This document shows positions 8,585 to 18,452 of a stretch of DNA of 64,000 nt, piece by piece (positions within the stretch are counted from its first letter, which is position 1; every line of letters begins with the position of its first letter). The notes below the pieces were generated by a model. It saw only the letters and a list, made by a program, of their open reading frames with translations. It did no database searches and was not told the origin of the DNA. The stretch spans positions 1 through 64,000 of the IMG/VR virus record IMGVR_UViG_3300031539_000009, one strand, 5' to 3'. The translations under genes were made by a program, and so were the position numbers. This DNA is from a virus.

Positions 8585-8783
8585 AATCCTTGAACCCCTT
8601 TTTATCCACATACAACACAGCTTCAACATCTGCATCTTCAGCAGTCCGCAACAATGTATCTTCTGCGTGCTCCGCCGGGTCACCATTTATCACCTCAACG
8701 CTCATGCTTCCATCAACCTTTTGGATGACGCACCCATAAGCATCATTGATGTTAGTCTGCCACACTATCTGACGTTGAGGCAT
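8487..8783 (-). CDS. Hypothetical protein (MPQRQIVW...)
   Basis: G-rich RBS before ATG 8783; overlaps next gene by ~100 nt. Confidence 0.5.
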   Translation of the reverse strand: MPQRQIVWQTNINDAYGCVIQKVDGSMSVEVINGDPAEHAEDTLLRTAEDADVEAVLYVDKKGFKDYERQSKRKQIKRQKIAQDDGSSGSEQQGDETP

Positions 8784-8946
8784 CGTGTCCCCCGCACACA
8801 ACGTGGTCTGGCGCTTCCGTCTTGTCTTTTTTCCAGACCATATTGAGATTATCATAGCAAGTGCGACAATCACTCCAACGAACCTTTTTGCCCTTTTTGG
8901 GGCAATCAATTTGTCCGTTGACCACACCTCTTTTATCCCCAATCAT
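8752..8946 (-). CDS. Small Cys-rich protein
   Basis: ATGA overlap; four Cys (CP...CRTC...C). Confidence 0.55.
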   Translation of the reverse strand: MIGDKRGVVNGQIDCPKKGKKVRWSDCRTCYDNLNMVWKKDKTEAPDHVVCGGHDASTSDSVAD

Positions 8947-9287
8947 TTGCGTGTACTCCCATTGCTCCAAAACACCTTGGCCCTCTTTTCACCCAATATC
9001 GCCTTGAGCTTGCTCCGGTGAAGCAACACAGGCAATTCCTTGGGCCACGCCGCCTTGACCCAGGAAGCATCTCCAAAATCGCTGTAATCAAAATTGATCT
9101 GATACACTTCCCTTGAAGTCAGTATCTGGTGGCCCTCCATCAATATAGCATAATCAACGTGCTTTTTCTTTTTGGGGTCAAGCATCGCCGCTGCCATGAA
9201 TGATTCAACCACCCGCCTATTCTTGTATGGCGATTTTTTAGGAATCACCCGGCCTGGTGGCCTTTGTCTTTTAATCTTCTTGCCCAT
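8943..9287 (-). CDS. Hypothetical basic protein
   Basis: GAGG RBS; packing. Confidence 0.6.
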   Translation of the reverse strand: MGKKIKRQRPPGRVIPKKSPYKNRRVVESFMAAAMLDPKKKKHVDYAILMEGHQILTSREVYQINFDYSDFGDASWVKAAWPKELPVLLHRSKLKAILGEKRAKVFWSNGSTRK

Positions 9288-9489
9288 CGCTGTCCTCACT
9301 GTCAGGGTCAGGGTGGCCTGGTTTCCCCATCACACTGCTGTTGATCACGTCCAGGATTCCTTGTCTGAAATAGCCCAAATTCCAAACCACGTTCTGCCCT
9401 TCCGTCTTGGTCATCTTTTCCGCCGCTTCCCGTCCGGCCTCATACCACTCACCTGATGCTGTTTTTTTCAATTCATCGAAGCCATCCAT
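9271..9489 (-). CDS. Hypothetical protein (72 aa)
   Basis: AAAGGGG RBS; first gene after TGCA element A. Confidence 0.65.
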   Translation of the reverse strand: MDGFDELKKTASGEWYEAGREAAEKMTKTEGQNVVWNLGYFRQGILDVINSSVMGKPGHPDPDSEDSDGQED

Positions 9490-9506
9490 TGGACACCCCT
9501 TTCATT

Positions 9507-9620
9507 GCTCATTTCCCTTCATTCTGTCTTGCACTCGTGTATTCAAACTTTTCAACCACTTATGCATTCACTTTCACATTCACTTTTTGCCCATTTTTGA
9601 ATGTTAAAGTTAATGCAGAA
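9507..9620. repeat. TGCA-phased intergenic element, copy A
   Basis: Aligns with 12169-12285, 27398-27510, 38095-38187. Confidence 0.8.
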
Positions 9621-10544
9621 TCACTCCCCCAACGCCAACAAATCGCCCAACTTATTTGGGGATGAAAAAAAGTTGAATTTCCACTTATTCAAGATGGTCG
9701 CTTTGAACGCCTTGAAATTGCGGTCCCTGGGGAGCCAAGACAAGGTCACCTCATCCCTGAGCTTCACCAACAGCTTCGCCCGCTCCACAACATCTTGATT
9801 CCCCCGAACCAACCCCAAGTTGCGCTTGAGCTTGTGATCATCATTCTTGGGATCAATTGCGGCCACCAAGACATTGTCAACAGTCCCAAATTCTTGAATC
9901 AACTCCAATGCCCGCTTCTCACCGATTCCCCGGACCCCAGGCACGCCGTCGCTGTTGCAGCCGGTCAACGCTTTGATGTCCAAGAATTGCGCCGCCTCAA
10001 TTCCGAATTCCAGCCTGATCCGGTCTTCATCCCAAACATCTTCGCCCTTTTTCTTGGGTTGGACCAGGCGAACTCCTGGCCGAACTGCTTGAAGCAAATC
10101 AGCATCATTGGTATATATCACCACTTTGTTCCCGGCCTTGGACATTTTATTGGCCAGGGTGGCCATAACGTCATCCGCCTCATGCCTGTCGCAATATGCT
10201 TGGCGGACCCCCAACTGCCCCAACAACCGCTGCACTCTGCCCATCTGAATGCGAAGTGAATCAACCCAATATTCCATCTCGATGTCTGAGCTGTCTTTGA
10301 TCTTATACTCTGGATAGATATCACGCCTGAAATTCTGCGCCCTTTGGCACTCCCAACATATGATAGGAACACCGCCCCAATTCTTGTGAATGGCCGTGAG
10401 AACTCGCAAAAATCCATACACAGCACCAATTGCTATTTCTGCCCCGGTCTCATCGTCCACATAAGTCAGATCACGGAATGAATGACCAACTCTGAACAAC
10501 AGGTTTTTCCCGTCTATCAACAACAGGTCGCACTTCCCCATCAC
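9621..10544 (-). CDS. 5'-3' exonuclease / flap endonuclease (PolI N-terminal type)
   Basis: LLIDGKN, FRRDIYPEYK, HEADD, NDADLLQ, GVRGIGEK. Confidence 0.92.
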   Translation of the reverse strand: MMGKCDLLLIDGKNLLFRVGHSFRDLTYVDDETGAEIAIGAVYGFLRVLTAIHKNWGGVPIICWECQRAQNFRRDIYPEYKIKDSSDIEMEYWVDSLRIQMGRVQRLLGQLGVRQAYCDRHEADDVMATLANKMSKAGNKVVIYTNDADLLQAVRPGVRLVQPKKKGEDVWDEDRIRLEFGIEAAQFLDIKALTGCNSDGVPGVRGIGEKRALELIQEFGTVDNVLVAAIDPKNDDHKLKRNLGLVRGNQDVVERAKLLVKLRDEVTLSWLPRDRNFKAFKATILNKWKFNFFSSPNKLGDLLALGE

Positions 10545-11065
10545 GCCCCCCTTATGATCAACGATTCAGGAATGAAGCGCAAGCTGAATTCACTATTTGC
10601 GATCTTAGCCAGCCGTGCGGCCCATTCCATCCTCTGCTTGAACCCGCACAACTCAACCTGCTTTCCCTGCTCCAAGACCGCTTGAATCAACGGCAAGAAT
10701 GCGCTGTTGGACGCCACCAAACACAACACGTCCCATTGCGACTTTTCCTCAGATGCATCGATCACAATATTGGTATTCCAATTTGTTGTTGGCATCCCGT
10801 CAACGGCAACGCTGTCGCCCCGGCTGCGATTGTACTTGCTGTAGCAATCAATCCCCATTGCCGTCAACCTCTTTTCCAACGATTCTGACGCACGACCGTG
10901 ATGGTGAATTATGTACGCTTTGGCCACTGCCATGTCCCTTCCGTCAACCACTTCACTTATCAAGCCAGGATAGTCAATGCCAAACTTTCCGCCGCCGGAA
11001 TCCCTGACGATATCAGATGCGCCATACCACAAATTTTGAGCATCTATGTACAATCCAATATTCAC
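10541..11065 (-). CDS. NYN (LabA/DUF88) domain protein with degenerate active site
   Basis: YIDAQN start, IDY, QGKQVELCG end; D-x-D motif reads NSA. Confidence 0.7.
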   Translation of the reverse strand: MNIGLYIDAQNLWYGASDIVRDSGGGKFGIDYPGLISEVVDGRDMAVAKAYIIHHHGRASESLEKRLTAMGIDCYSKYNRSRGDSVAVDGMPTTNWNTNIVIDASEEKSQWDVLCLVASNSAFLPLIQAVLEQGKQVELCGFKQRMEWAARLAKIANSEFSLRFIPESLIIRGA

Positions 11066-11646
11066 TGTTTTTGCCTCTTGATCTTTGGTGTTTCAACCGG
11101 CCCTGAATACGGGAATTCATTTTGCATGAACCTGGCGATGAGCAAGGCATCAACCAGCCCCTCGTGCGGTTTTTTCGCCCGGTCACTTTTCCTCAAGTCC
11201 AGATTAGGATACAGCTGCCCCGCTGCCATCCTGGCCATCGCTTTGGAATCAGATTTTGGGATGCCTTTGAACATCATCCTCTGCCACTCTTGAGATCGGA
11301 ATGAAAAGAATGGAATTTCAAGGGCAACCAACATCCCCCTCCACAGACCATAATTGGAACAAAACGTGCAAGTGGCCACTGACGACTGTCCTGGCATTCC
11401 AAATGCGGCCTCAAGCCCGACCAGGATGTCACCATATGACTCTTTCATCCCGACCAACAGCCGCTTCATCTCAACTTCATCCGGCTGCCGCTTTCCGCCC
11501 TTCCCCTTTTTTCCCTTGGGCTTGAACTGAGGATTGATGACAGGAGCCACGTTGAGTTTGATCTGTCCTGATAAATCTATCGTGACCAACGCACCGTCCA
11601 GCCCTATATCCACCCCGGCCCAAGCATATGGGCTGATTATACTCAC
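11062..11646 (-). CDS. RuvC-like Holliday junction resolvase
   Basis: GVDIGLDG, VGLE, QEWQR, EGLVDALLIA. Confidence 0.8.
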   Translation of the reverse strand: MSIISPYAWAGVDIGLDGALVTIDLSGQIKLNVAPVINPQFKPKGKKGKGGKRQPDEVEMKRLLVGMKESYGDILVGLEAAFGMPGQSSVATCTFCSNYGLWRGMLVALEIPFFSFRSQEWQRMMFKGIPKSDSKAMARMAAGQLYPNLDLRKSDRAKKPHEGLVDALLIARFMQNEFPYSGPVETPKIKRQKQ

Positions 11647-11933
11647 CCCTGTACCCGAATCATCTCAGGGCTGAGATCACGCCAGAAATTGGCAGGATTG
11701 TGCTTCACCACCATTGGCGGACTGTTCAGCTGTGACTCCACCCGGAGCATGGCCACGATCTTGTCTTGATCATACTTCAGGACGTGGACCAAATCGTGCA
11801 AGTGTTTTTCCTGACTCATCGGAATCCGCTTGGCGGACCCGTCTTTCATCACGAACACGTGGGCCAAGGTATCCGACTTGCGGACCCTATGCCCGTCACA
11901 CACCACATCAACCGCTTCCAGATTCATTTTCAT
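11643..11933 (-). CDS. Hypothetical protein (96 aa)
   Basis: GGGAAG RBS; ATGA overlap downstream. Confidence 0.65.
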   Translation of the reverse strand: MKMNLEAVDVVCDGHRVRKSDTLAHVFVMKDGSAKRIPMSQEKHLHDLVHVLKYDQDKIVAMLRVESQLNSPPMVVKHNPANFWRDLSPEMIRVQG

Positions 11934-12174
11934 TAGCTTCCCCTTTTTTCCATTCTATCCAACCCCAAACACAAGTGACGTTGAATATTGCATATGTCAA
12001 TGCGCCCTGATAGATTCCCGCCGCCCAACAGATGTACAACCAAGCTGCGTTGGCAACGAACCAAAACAAAAAACACCACCTGCTCTTTTTGATATTCAAG
12101 ATGACCCCGACCATCGTGATGGCAAACGTCGCCCACCTGAATAGCTCAGAATTTGCCATGTCATCCATGCTCAT
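11908..12174 (-). CDS. Short PnuC-like membrane protein (3 TM)
   Basis: GVILNIKK..WCF..W..N..W...Y...WGWIEW. Confidence 0.65.
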   Translation of the reverse strand: MSMDDMANSELFRWATFAITMVGVILNIKKSRWCFLFWFVANAAWLYICWAAGIYQGALTYAIFNVTCVWGWIEWKKGEANENESGSG

Positions 12175-12285
12175 TTCCCTGCATTCTATTTTGCATGTAT
12201 GAATTCAACCTTTTCAACCCCTTATGCATTAGCAACTGCACTCATTTTTTACGCATTTTTGCCTGCAAAATGAATGCACAAATCA
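12169..12285. repeat. TGCA-phased intergenic element, copy B
   Basis: Units at 12180, 12192, 12204, 12213, 12225, 12237, 12252, 12264, 12275. Confidence 0.85.
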
Positions 12286-12288
12286 CAG

Positions 12289-15200
12289 TCACTTGATCAT
12301 GGAATGTCCGCCGCTTTTGACCACCGTCAGGCTGTGATCAAACAACTCCACAATATCCGGGTCATGCGACACCACATAGATGGTTTCACGCATCCCTTTG
12401 ATTTGCCCTAACAAGTCCAGCACCCGGCTTTTTCCTACACGGTCCAGGCCATCCAGAACCTCATCCAAAAGCATGATATTGAAGCTGGTGAATTCCCGGC
12501 CCGCCAAGATGTCCATAAGTGCCAAACCAATGCTGAGTGATATCCGCCTCAATTGCCCGCCGGAAGGAATGACATCTGCCACGCCGTCCACATTGTATTC
12601 AATGCTGATTTTGTCCCGCTTGTCGCCGCTCTTCAACTCCGATTGTGTGGACATTTCCACCAGTATTGACCCATCAGACAATATGGACAAGTATTTATTC
12701 GACAAGCTGTTCACGGTCGGCATCACCACATCCAGAATATAACTGGGCAGACCTTGATTGCCAAATCCCTTCACCCAGAAGTCATAATGCTCAGCTTCAG
12801 ACTCAGCGTCAACCATCAACGCCCCGGCCTTGTGCTGCTGTCTCGTCAACTTGGCCAACTTGGACTTTGCTGCCGCAAGCATGTCGGTGAACTCGTTGGT
12901 CTCAGCTTCAACCGCCCGGATGTCTCGCACCTTCCCCTCAACCAACTTTTCATCCTGTTTAATCCGATCCAAGGCCTGTTTAATCCCGGACAACTCACGC
13001 TCCAGCCTGGGCAGGTCATCCAACATGTCCTGTATCTTCTGCTGCGACTCCCTGGCCTTGTCTCGTTTTTCAAGGGAAGCACGTGCACTTTTTTTCGCTT
13101 CCGTCGCCTCTGCCTCCATTTCCTCGATGCGCTTCTGGTGCTCCTGAACCTTCCCCTTCAACCCTTTGATGAACTTTTTTGTGTGGGTCCCATCTGATGG
13201 TGAGCCACACTCCGGGCATTCATCCCTTTCGGACACCCGCTTGATCTGCTCTTCAACATCAACAATGGCGTGCTTGCTGATTGAAATGGACGATGTCAGC
13301 CGGGCAACCTTCCCGCCCCAATCGGCAAATTCATCATCCCACTTCTGCGCCTCAACCTTGAACTCATCCCGCTTTCCTTTTTGACCCGTGATTTTGTCAA
13401 TTTGCCCCTCGCAAGATTCCAACGCCTCCATATTGCTTTTCCTGTCAGGAGTGCGTGCCTTGATCCGCTCAATATCACCCCGGATAACCTGGATGCGCTC
13501 TTGGCGGTTGGACTCAAAATTGTCCACTTTCCTTTTCAATGTATCTGTGTCCACTTCCCCCATCCGAACCTGCAACAGCTGAATCTTATTTGCAAGTGGA
13601 TTTATGATGTCTGCCTGCACCCTGTTACGCTCTTGCTTGGCAAACTCTTGGGCATAATCATAATCATCCAATCGCAACGCCGATTTGAGCACAGCTTTCC
13701 GGTCGGCATCGCTGGTATTGTGATCGGTGAATTTGGAGTGGTCGCCTTGGCCATACAGCACCGTGTTTCGGAAGGTCAGCATGTCCATCCCCAGCAGGTT
13801 GTTGATCCGCCCTTGGGTGTCCTTTATTGATCCGCCTGAGATGTCATCCCACTTTTTCCCGTCGCCTTGAGACAATGTGAGCTTGGTCCCCTTCCCCATA
13901 AACCTGGTCACCTTGTATTTGGTCTTATCCAGGCTGAATTCCAATGCCACCTTGGCCGATGTTATGGCCGGGTCACGGTTGACCACGTTGCTCCCCATCC
14001 CGTCCACGGTCTGCCCCCAAAGACACCAAGTCAGTGCTTTGAACAGGTTTGACTTTCCGGCCCCGTTGGAATCGGACCCGGTGCTGTCTCTGTTTTCCCC
14101 GGATATCAGAACCAAATCGTGCTTCCCGAACTGAAGCACGTTGTCCCCGCTTCCGAATGAGGCAAAGCCCTTTATGTTTATGGTGTCAAATCGCACCGCT
14201 CTGGCACGCTCTGACACTTTCATGCCTGCCTTTGTATCTCTGGATGCAATGCCACCTTCAAAACATTTCGTGCCAACCCTGATGAGCCTGACAGGGTCCA
14301 TTCCGGTCCCCTTCACCACCCCGGTGTCCTCGACATATGAACGCACCAGGTCTGATGCCGTCATACCACTCTTGATTTCGATTCTGTTCTGGTCTTGCTC
14401 TTTGGTCTCAACGTCAAGCTTGTGGGCCATCACGCCGTGCTCACGCAACTCCTGTGTCAGACCGTCTTTGTCCATCTGTCTGATCTGGTCCTTGTCGCCC
14501 ACGACTTTCACCCTGGTATATGCTCCACGGTGCTTGTAGTCGCCCAGGTTCATCGCCGGATTCCCCAAGTCAAGTTCAACGTCCAGAAACAATGGGCTGT
14601 TGTCCATCTGGTAGTGCTCGAAGTCAATCACGCCATTTTTGTCCACGTCCACGGTCATGTACCCACGCTTGGCGCTGTCCCCAAAAATCAACGGAAGCAT
14701 GGACCCTACATACACCACGTTGTCCCCGATGGTCTGTGGCTCATGAAAATGTCCTGAAAATACAGCATCCCACTGCTTCAAATATTTCGGGTCAATCCCG
14801 TCATCGCAAATCCACTTGCCAATCTTTCCGCCGATTATGGAGTGGTGCGCCAACAGGATATTCACCCGCCCCTCTGGCTTCATCGATGTGAGCCGCTGGA
14901 CGGTCTTTTCAGGGCTGGAATATGGCAAAGGATAGATGTGAACCGGAATTCCGCCGCCCCCCGTTATGTATGGAACAGAATCCCGCATCACCCGCAGATT
15001 GGGCCTCCAAAGCAGCTTGAGGATGTCCACGGAATAATGCCAGCCCGCTGAATCAAAGGCATCATGATTCCCCGGAAGGATGTGGAAAATGATGTGTGCG
15101 TACTTGGCAGACATTTCGGCCAGCTTCCCCAGAACGTACTTCATGGTGACCAAATCCACATTTTTCCTGTCAAATAAATCGCCCAGGAAAAAAATGTTTT

Positions 15201-15351
15201 CAACCCCCAATGTGTCGGCCACCACATACATATCTTCCAACAAGCTCACAGCAACGTCCAGCCGGTCCGTCAGCCCGTCCGGGTTGATCGGCTGTGCCAT
15301 TTGAAGTTGATTGCTTGCGTGCAAATCTGAACAAAGTATAAATTTCATCAC
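12289..15351 (-). CDS. Fused Mre11/SbcD nuclease and Rad50/SbcC ATPase
   Basis: SDLH, GDLFD, GNHD, GHFH; NGAGKS, CPEC zinc hook, SGGQ, LLDEVLDGLD, VSHD in one ORF. Confidence 0.92.
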   Translation of the reverse strand: MMKFILCSDLHASNQLQMAQPINPDGLTDRLDVAVSLLEDMYVVADTLGVENIFFLGDLFDRKNVDLVTMKYVLGKLAEMSAKYAHIIFHILPGNHDAFDSAGWHYSVDILKLLWRPNLRVMRDSVPYITGGGGIPVHIYPLPYSSPEKTVQRLTSMKPEGRVNILLAHHSIIGGKIGKWICDDGIDPKYLKQWDAVFSGHFHEPQTIGDNVVYVGSMLPLIFGDSAKRGYMTVDVDKNGVIDFEHYQMDNSPLFLDVELDLGNPAMNLGDYKHRGAYTRVKVVGDKDQIRQMDKDGLTQELREHGVMAHKLDVETKEQDQNRIEIKSGMTASDLVRSYVEDTGVVKGTGMDPVRLIRVGTKCFEGGIASRDTKAGMKVSERARAVRFDTINIKGFASFGSGDNVLQFGKHDLVLISGENRDSTGSDSNGAGKSNLFKALTWCLWGQTVDGMGSNVVNRDPAITSAKVALEFSLDKTKYKVTRFMGKGTKLTLSQGDGKKWDDISGGSIKDTQGRINNLLGMDMLTFRNTVLYGQGDHSKFTDHNTSDADRKAVLKSALRLDDYDYAQEFAKQERNRVQADIINPLANKIQLLQVRMGEVDTDTLKRKVDNFESNRQERIQVIRGDIERIKARTPDRKSNMEALESCEGQIDKITGQKGKRDEFKVEAQKWDDEFADWGGKVARLTSSISISKHAIVDVEEQIKRVSERDECPECGSPSDGTHTKKFIKGLKGKVQEHQKRIEEMEAEATEAKKSARASLEKRDKARESQQKIQDMLDDLPRLERELSGIKQALDRIKQDEKLVEGKVRDIRAVEAETNEFTDMLAAAKSKLAKLTRQQHKAGALMVDAESEAEHYDFWVKGFGNQGLPSYILDVVMPTVNSLSNKYLSILSDGSILVEMSTQSELKSGDKRDKISIEYNVDGVADVIPSGGQLRRISLSIGLALMDILAGREFTSFNIMLLDEVLDGLDRVGKSRVLDLLGQIKGMRETIYVVSHDPDIVELFDHSLTVVKSGGHSMIK

Positions 15352-15596
15352 ATCACCGCCCTTTGATTATTCACAAATACCATCTTGTCCATCTCACCGG
15401 CTCTCACAGCCTTGAGCATGTCAATGGACCCCTTCAGGACCGCTGTGGTTTGCTCCGCCAACTGTGCCACGGTGGACCCTTTCGGAATCGGCCCAGACAT
15501 CACATAATTCACAGCCGCTATTATCATGGGCCTGAATGCTTCTTCAGGGTGGGTGGACCTAACCACCCCAATGACTGATAGCTTGGTCCGCTCCAT
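15348..15596 (-). CDS. Hypothetical protein (MERTKLS...)
   Basis: Fits exactly between recA and the fusion gene. Confidence 0.55.
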   Translation of the reverse strand: MERTKLSVIGVVRSTHPEEAFRPMIIAAVNYVMSGPIPKGSTVAQLAEQTTAVLKGSIDMLKAVRAGEMDKMVFVNNQRAVM

Positions 15597-15597
15597 G

Positions 15598-16644
15598 TTA
15601 CTTTGAAGTTGCCCGCTGCTTAATTTTTGCAAGCATGGCTGCGTGCAGCTTTGGATTTTCCTCGCACCACGCCCTGAATCCTTTTTCACCATTCCACTTC
15701 CCTTTTTCGCCCATGCTGAACCAGCTGCCGCTCTGTTGGATCATCCCGACCTTTTTGCCCAAATCCAAAGTGGCCTTGACATCATCCGTCCCCTTCCCGT
15801 ACAAAATCTGAAGCTCAACACGGGCAAACGGTGGCGCCACCTGGTTCTTGGCAATGTACGCTCCGATCTTGTTGCCGATGACTTTGGCATCAGCAGCTTC
15901 GCTTTCCTTGATCATCCCTTTTTTGTAAACCTCGATGATGGTGCTGGCATAAAATTTGGGAGCATTCCCGCACGCCGTCACCCGGTCATCTCCGAACTGG
16001 ACATTCATTTTCTGCCTGACCTGGCTGATAAACAAAAGAACAGTGTTGGACACGGCCACCAACGGAATGATCTTTTTCAGGGTCTGGCTCATCACGCCCG
16101 CCCCCGGCGCATAATGCTTCTGCTCATAATCCCCCTCAAGTTCAGCCTTGGTGGAAGATGCGTTCAAGGAATCAAACACGATGAGCAACGGAACATCTTT
16201 GGTCTTTTGGTGTATCTTCACAGCTGTTTCAATTACAGCCATGCATTTTTCCATATATGGCGGTTGCGATATGATGACCCGGTCGGTGTCCACTCCCAAC
16301 TTTTTCGCATATGCCAAGTCCAATTTGTGCTCCATGTCCATGTACAGGACTGCGCCGCCTTTCCTTTGCGCTTCAGCCGCCAGCTGGAGTGCTATGGTGG
16401 TCTTGCCGCCCGCTTCCGGCCCATAGATCATTGTCAATCGACCATATGGGACTCCCCAGACGCCAATGGCGTGGTCCAGCACGGGGTTGCCCGTTGATAG
16501 GACACCCCGCAGCTGGACCGATGGGCCACCGGCCCCGATGAGTTGAGCAGTTTCCTTTCCGTGATCCTTGATGATCCCTTCCAAGAGTGCTTCAACAGCA
16601 CCGGTGTTATTGGCGTCACCGTTTTGTTTTTGCCTGGTGACCAT
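15598..16644 (-). CDS. recA: RecA recombinase
   Basis: GPEAGGKTT, DMEHKLD, FISQVRQK, GNAPKFYAS, KNQVAPPF. Confidence 0.95.
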   Translation of the reverse strand: MVTRQKQNGDANNTGAVEALLEGIIKDHGKETAQLIGAGGPSVQLRGVLSTGNPVLDHAIGVWGVPYGRLTMIYGPEAGGKTTIALQLAAEAQRKGGAVLYMDMEHKLDLAYAKKLGVDTDRVIISQPPYMEKCMAVIETAVKIHQKTKDVPLLIVFDSLNASSTKAELEGDYEQKHYAPGAGVMSQTLKKIIPLVAVSNTVLLFISQVRQKMNVQFGDDRVTACGNAPKFYASTIIEVYKKGMIKESEAADAKVIGNKIGAYIAKNQVAPPFARVELQILYGKGTDDVKATLDLGKKVGMIQQSGSWFSMGEKGKWNGEKGFRAWCEENPKLHAAMLAKIKQRATSK

Positions 16645-17663
16645 TATTCCTTGGACCTTGAGGCCAATTCCTTTTCAAGCTCATCAAGCTCAGGGTCAAC
16701 ATCATCCGCTTCCGCAGCTTTCTGTCGCTTGGGTTTGACCTCTTTTTTGGGTTTGGCAGCTTCCGATCCGCCGCCGCACTTCACCTTGCAGGCATCGACC
16801 ACGCTGCATTTTTCGCACTCGTCAGACCCGGACTCATACATCAGCCCATAGCACTCCGGGTTGCCGTCGCCGGTATCAGCCGGTGCCGACTCTTCTGTGG
16901 CAATCCCGACCAACAACGCTTCCACCTCAGCCCTCGACACAAACGTGTTCTTGGCAGCAAAGGCGAACAGGTTGGACTCGTGATCCCACTCGGACCCCTT
17001 CATGATGAGGGCACGCTGCGGCTTGGTCGGCTTGTATGCCCGGTCCAATCCAATGTTGTACTTGGTCGTGATCCCGGTCCCCGTCCTGGTGAGTTTGACC
17101 AGCTGCGCATCGTCCATGTCGGTGATGTCGCCGTTGTCCTCGATGACCCCTGAAATGCCCTCATATACGGTCTTGCCGCATTCATAGGGCTGAAGCTTGT
17201 CAGGCTGGGCAGGGCTGTAATCATCGCCGGATTTTTTGCGTGCTTCAACTGCGATGACTTTCCACAGGTATCTGGATTGGAACCTCTTGTCCATGGCCTG
17301 ATCCTTGTCGGTGGCCCACAGGCCAGGATCATCTTTGCTGGTCCCGTCCAACGCTTCGCAGACCGGGCAACCGCCGCTCACGTCCACACCCGCTTCTTTG
17401 AGTGCTCTCAACATCGCCGGGTGCTTCAGGATGTGATTCCTGGCCAAATTAAGGCAACCAGCACCTTGCTTCCCTGTCGGTCCAAGACCATAATGGACAC
17501 CGACATCCAGAAAGTTGAAGCCATCGGTCAACTCGTGCTCATCCATCCCGGCCTGGGGTGGCGCCAGATACAGCCTGGTGTCCCCCTCATCCGGCACAAA
17601 GCCACGACCGCCCCCGGCCTTTTCCTGACGATATTTTTTCATCTTTCCTACATTCAAACCCAT
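16644..17663 (-). CDS. Probable ssDNA-binding protein (gp32-like) with Cys-rich C-terminal module
   Basis: VHY..C..CPVCE, GDITD, LTRTGTGITTKY, acidic tail; next to recA. Confidence 0.7.
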   Translation of the reverse strand: MGLNVGKMKKYRQEKAGGGRGFVPDEGDTRLYLAPPQAGMDEHELTDGFNFLDVGVHYGLGPTGKQGAGCLNLARNHILKHPAMLRALKEAGVDVSGGCPVCEALDGTSKDDPGLWATDKDQAMDKRFQSRYLWKVIAVEARKKSGDDYSPAQPDKLQPYECGKTVYEGISGVIEDNGDITDMDDAQLVKLTRTGTGITTKYNIGLDRAYKPTKPQRALIMKGSEWDHESNLFAFAAKNTFVSRAEVEALLVGIATEESAPADTGDGNPECYGLMYESGSDECEKCSVVDACKVKCGGGSEAAKPKKEVKPKRQKAAEADDVDPELDELEKELASRSKE

Positions 17664-17687
17664 CTTGTCACCTCCATTCCTTTCCTG

Positions 17688-18149
17688 TTAGACTTTTTGT
17701 TTGGTTTTGACAGGTGCCTTGGTGTTAAGACCTGTGGCCCCCATCTCTTCACGCATCAATGCCCCGCTGGACTGAAGCACGCTCACCTTGGCCCGGAATC
17801 CGTTATACACAGACCAAAGTGACTCGGCATTCCCCTTGGCCTCTGATATCTTTTCAGTGAATGTTTGATATTCCGGCCTTGCCTCAACAATGGCCTTGGT
17901 TTTCCATTCTGCCAACTTGGGGTCAGCGGCCAATATTTCCTGTCTGATCTTGGCTTTCCAGCCGGTGAATTCAGCATCCAGCTTTGCTACCAAAGCATTG
18001 GCCCCCGCCGCCTGTGAGCCATAATAGCCAATTTGCACCGCCACTTTTTTCATGTCCTGGTTGAGATCGGTGATCATCAACGCTTCCGTGACATCTTGTT
18101 CTTGCCACCCGCTTGGGGTGACCACGTTCACCTTCACCTCATATTTCAT
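17688..18149 (-). CDS. Helical protein, possible UvsY-like recombination mediator
   Basis: Size, helical pattern, position next to SSB/recA. Confidence 0.45.
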   Translation of the reverse strand: MKYEVKVNVVTPSGWQEQDVTEALMITDLNQDMKKVAVQIGYYGSQAAGANALVAKLDAEFTGWKAKIRQEILAADPKLAEWKTKAIVEARPEYQTFTEKISEAKGNAESLWSVYNGFRAKVSVLQSSGALMREEMGATGLNTKAPVKTKQKV

Positions 18150-18399
18150 CCTTTGCCACCCTTTCCTTGAGCTTTCCGTGCGCTCTGAAAATAATCGTGC
18201 GATATGGTTTGCACTGTACTTTTTCGCCGGTCATCGGGTTGAGCGCCACTCGCTGCTTGACCGACTTGATTCTGAAAGTGCCGAACCCCATCACCTTCAC
18301 CTCACCGCCGTTGTCACAAATTTCGACGATGGCATCAAATACTTTATCCACATCCTGCAAGCTCAACCCGCTTTTTTCTGCCACAGCCGCCCTTGACAT
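18139..18399 (-). CDS. HU/IHF-family DNA-binding protein
   Basis: GFGTF, R.ALNPMTGE, FRAHGKLKERV. Confidence 0.92.
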   Translation of the reverse strand: MSRAAVAEKSGLSLQDVDKVFDAIVEICDNGGEVKVMGFGTFRIKSVKQRVALNPMTGEKVQCKPYRTIIFRAHGKLKERVAKDEI

Positions 18400-18452
18400 T
18401 TCTTATACCTCCATATGCTTATTTATTCCCCCTTTCGCCCCATTCCAATGAC

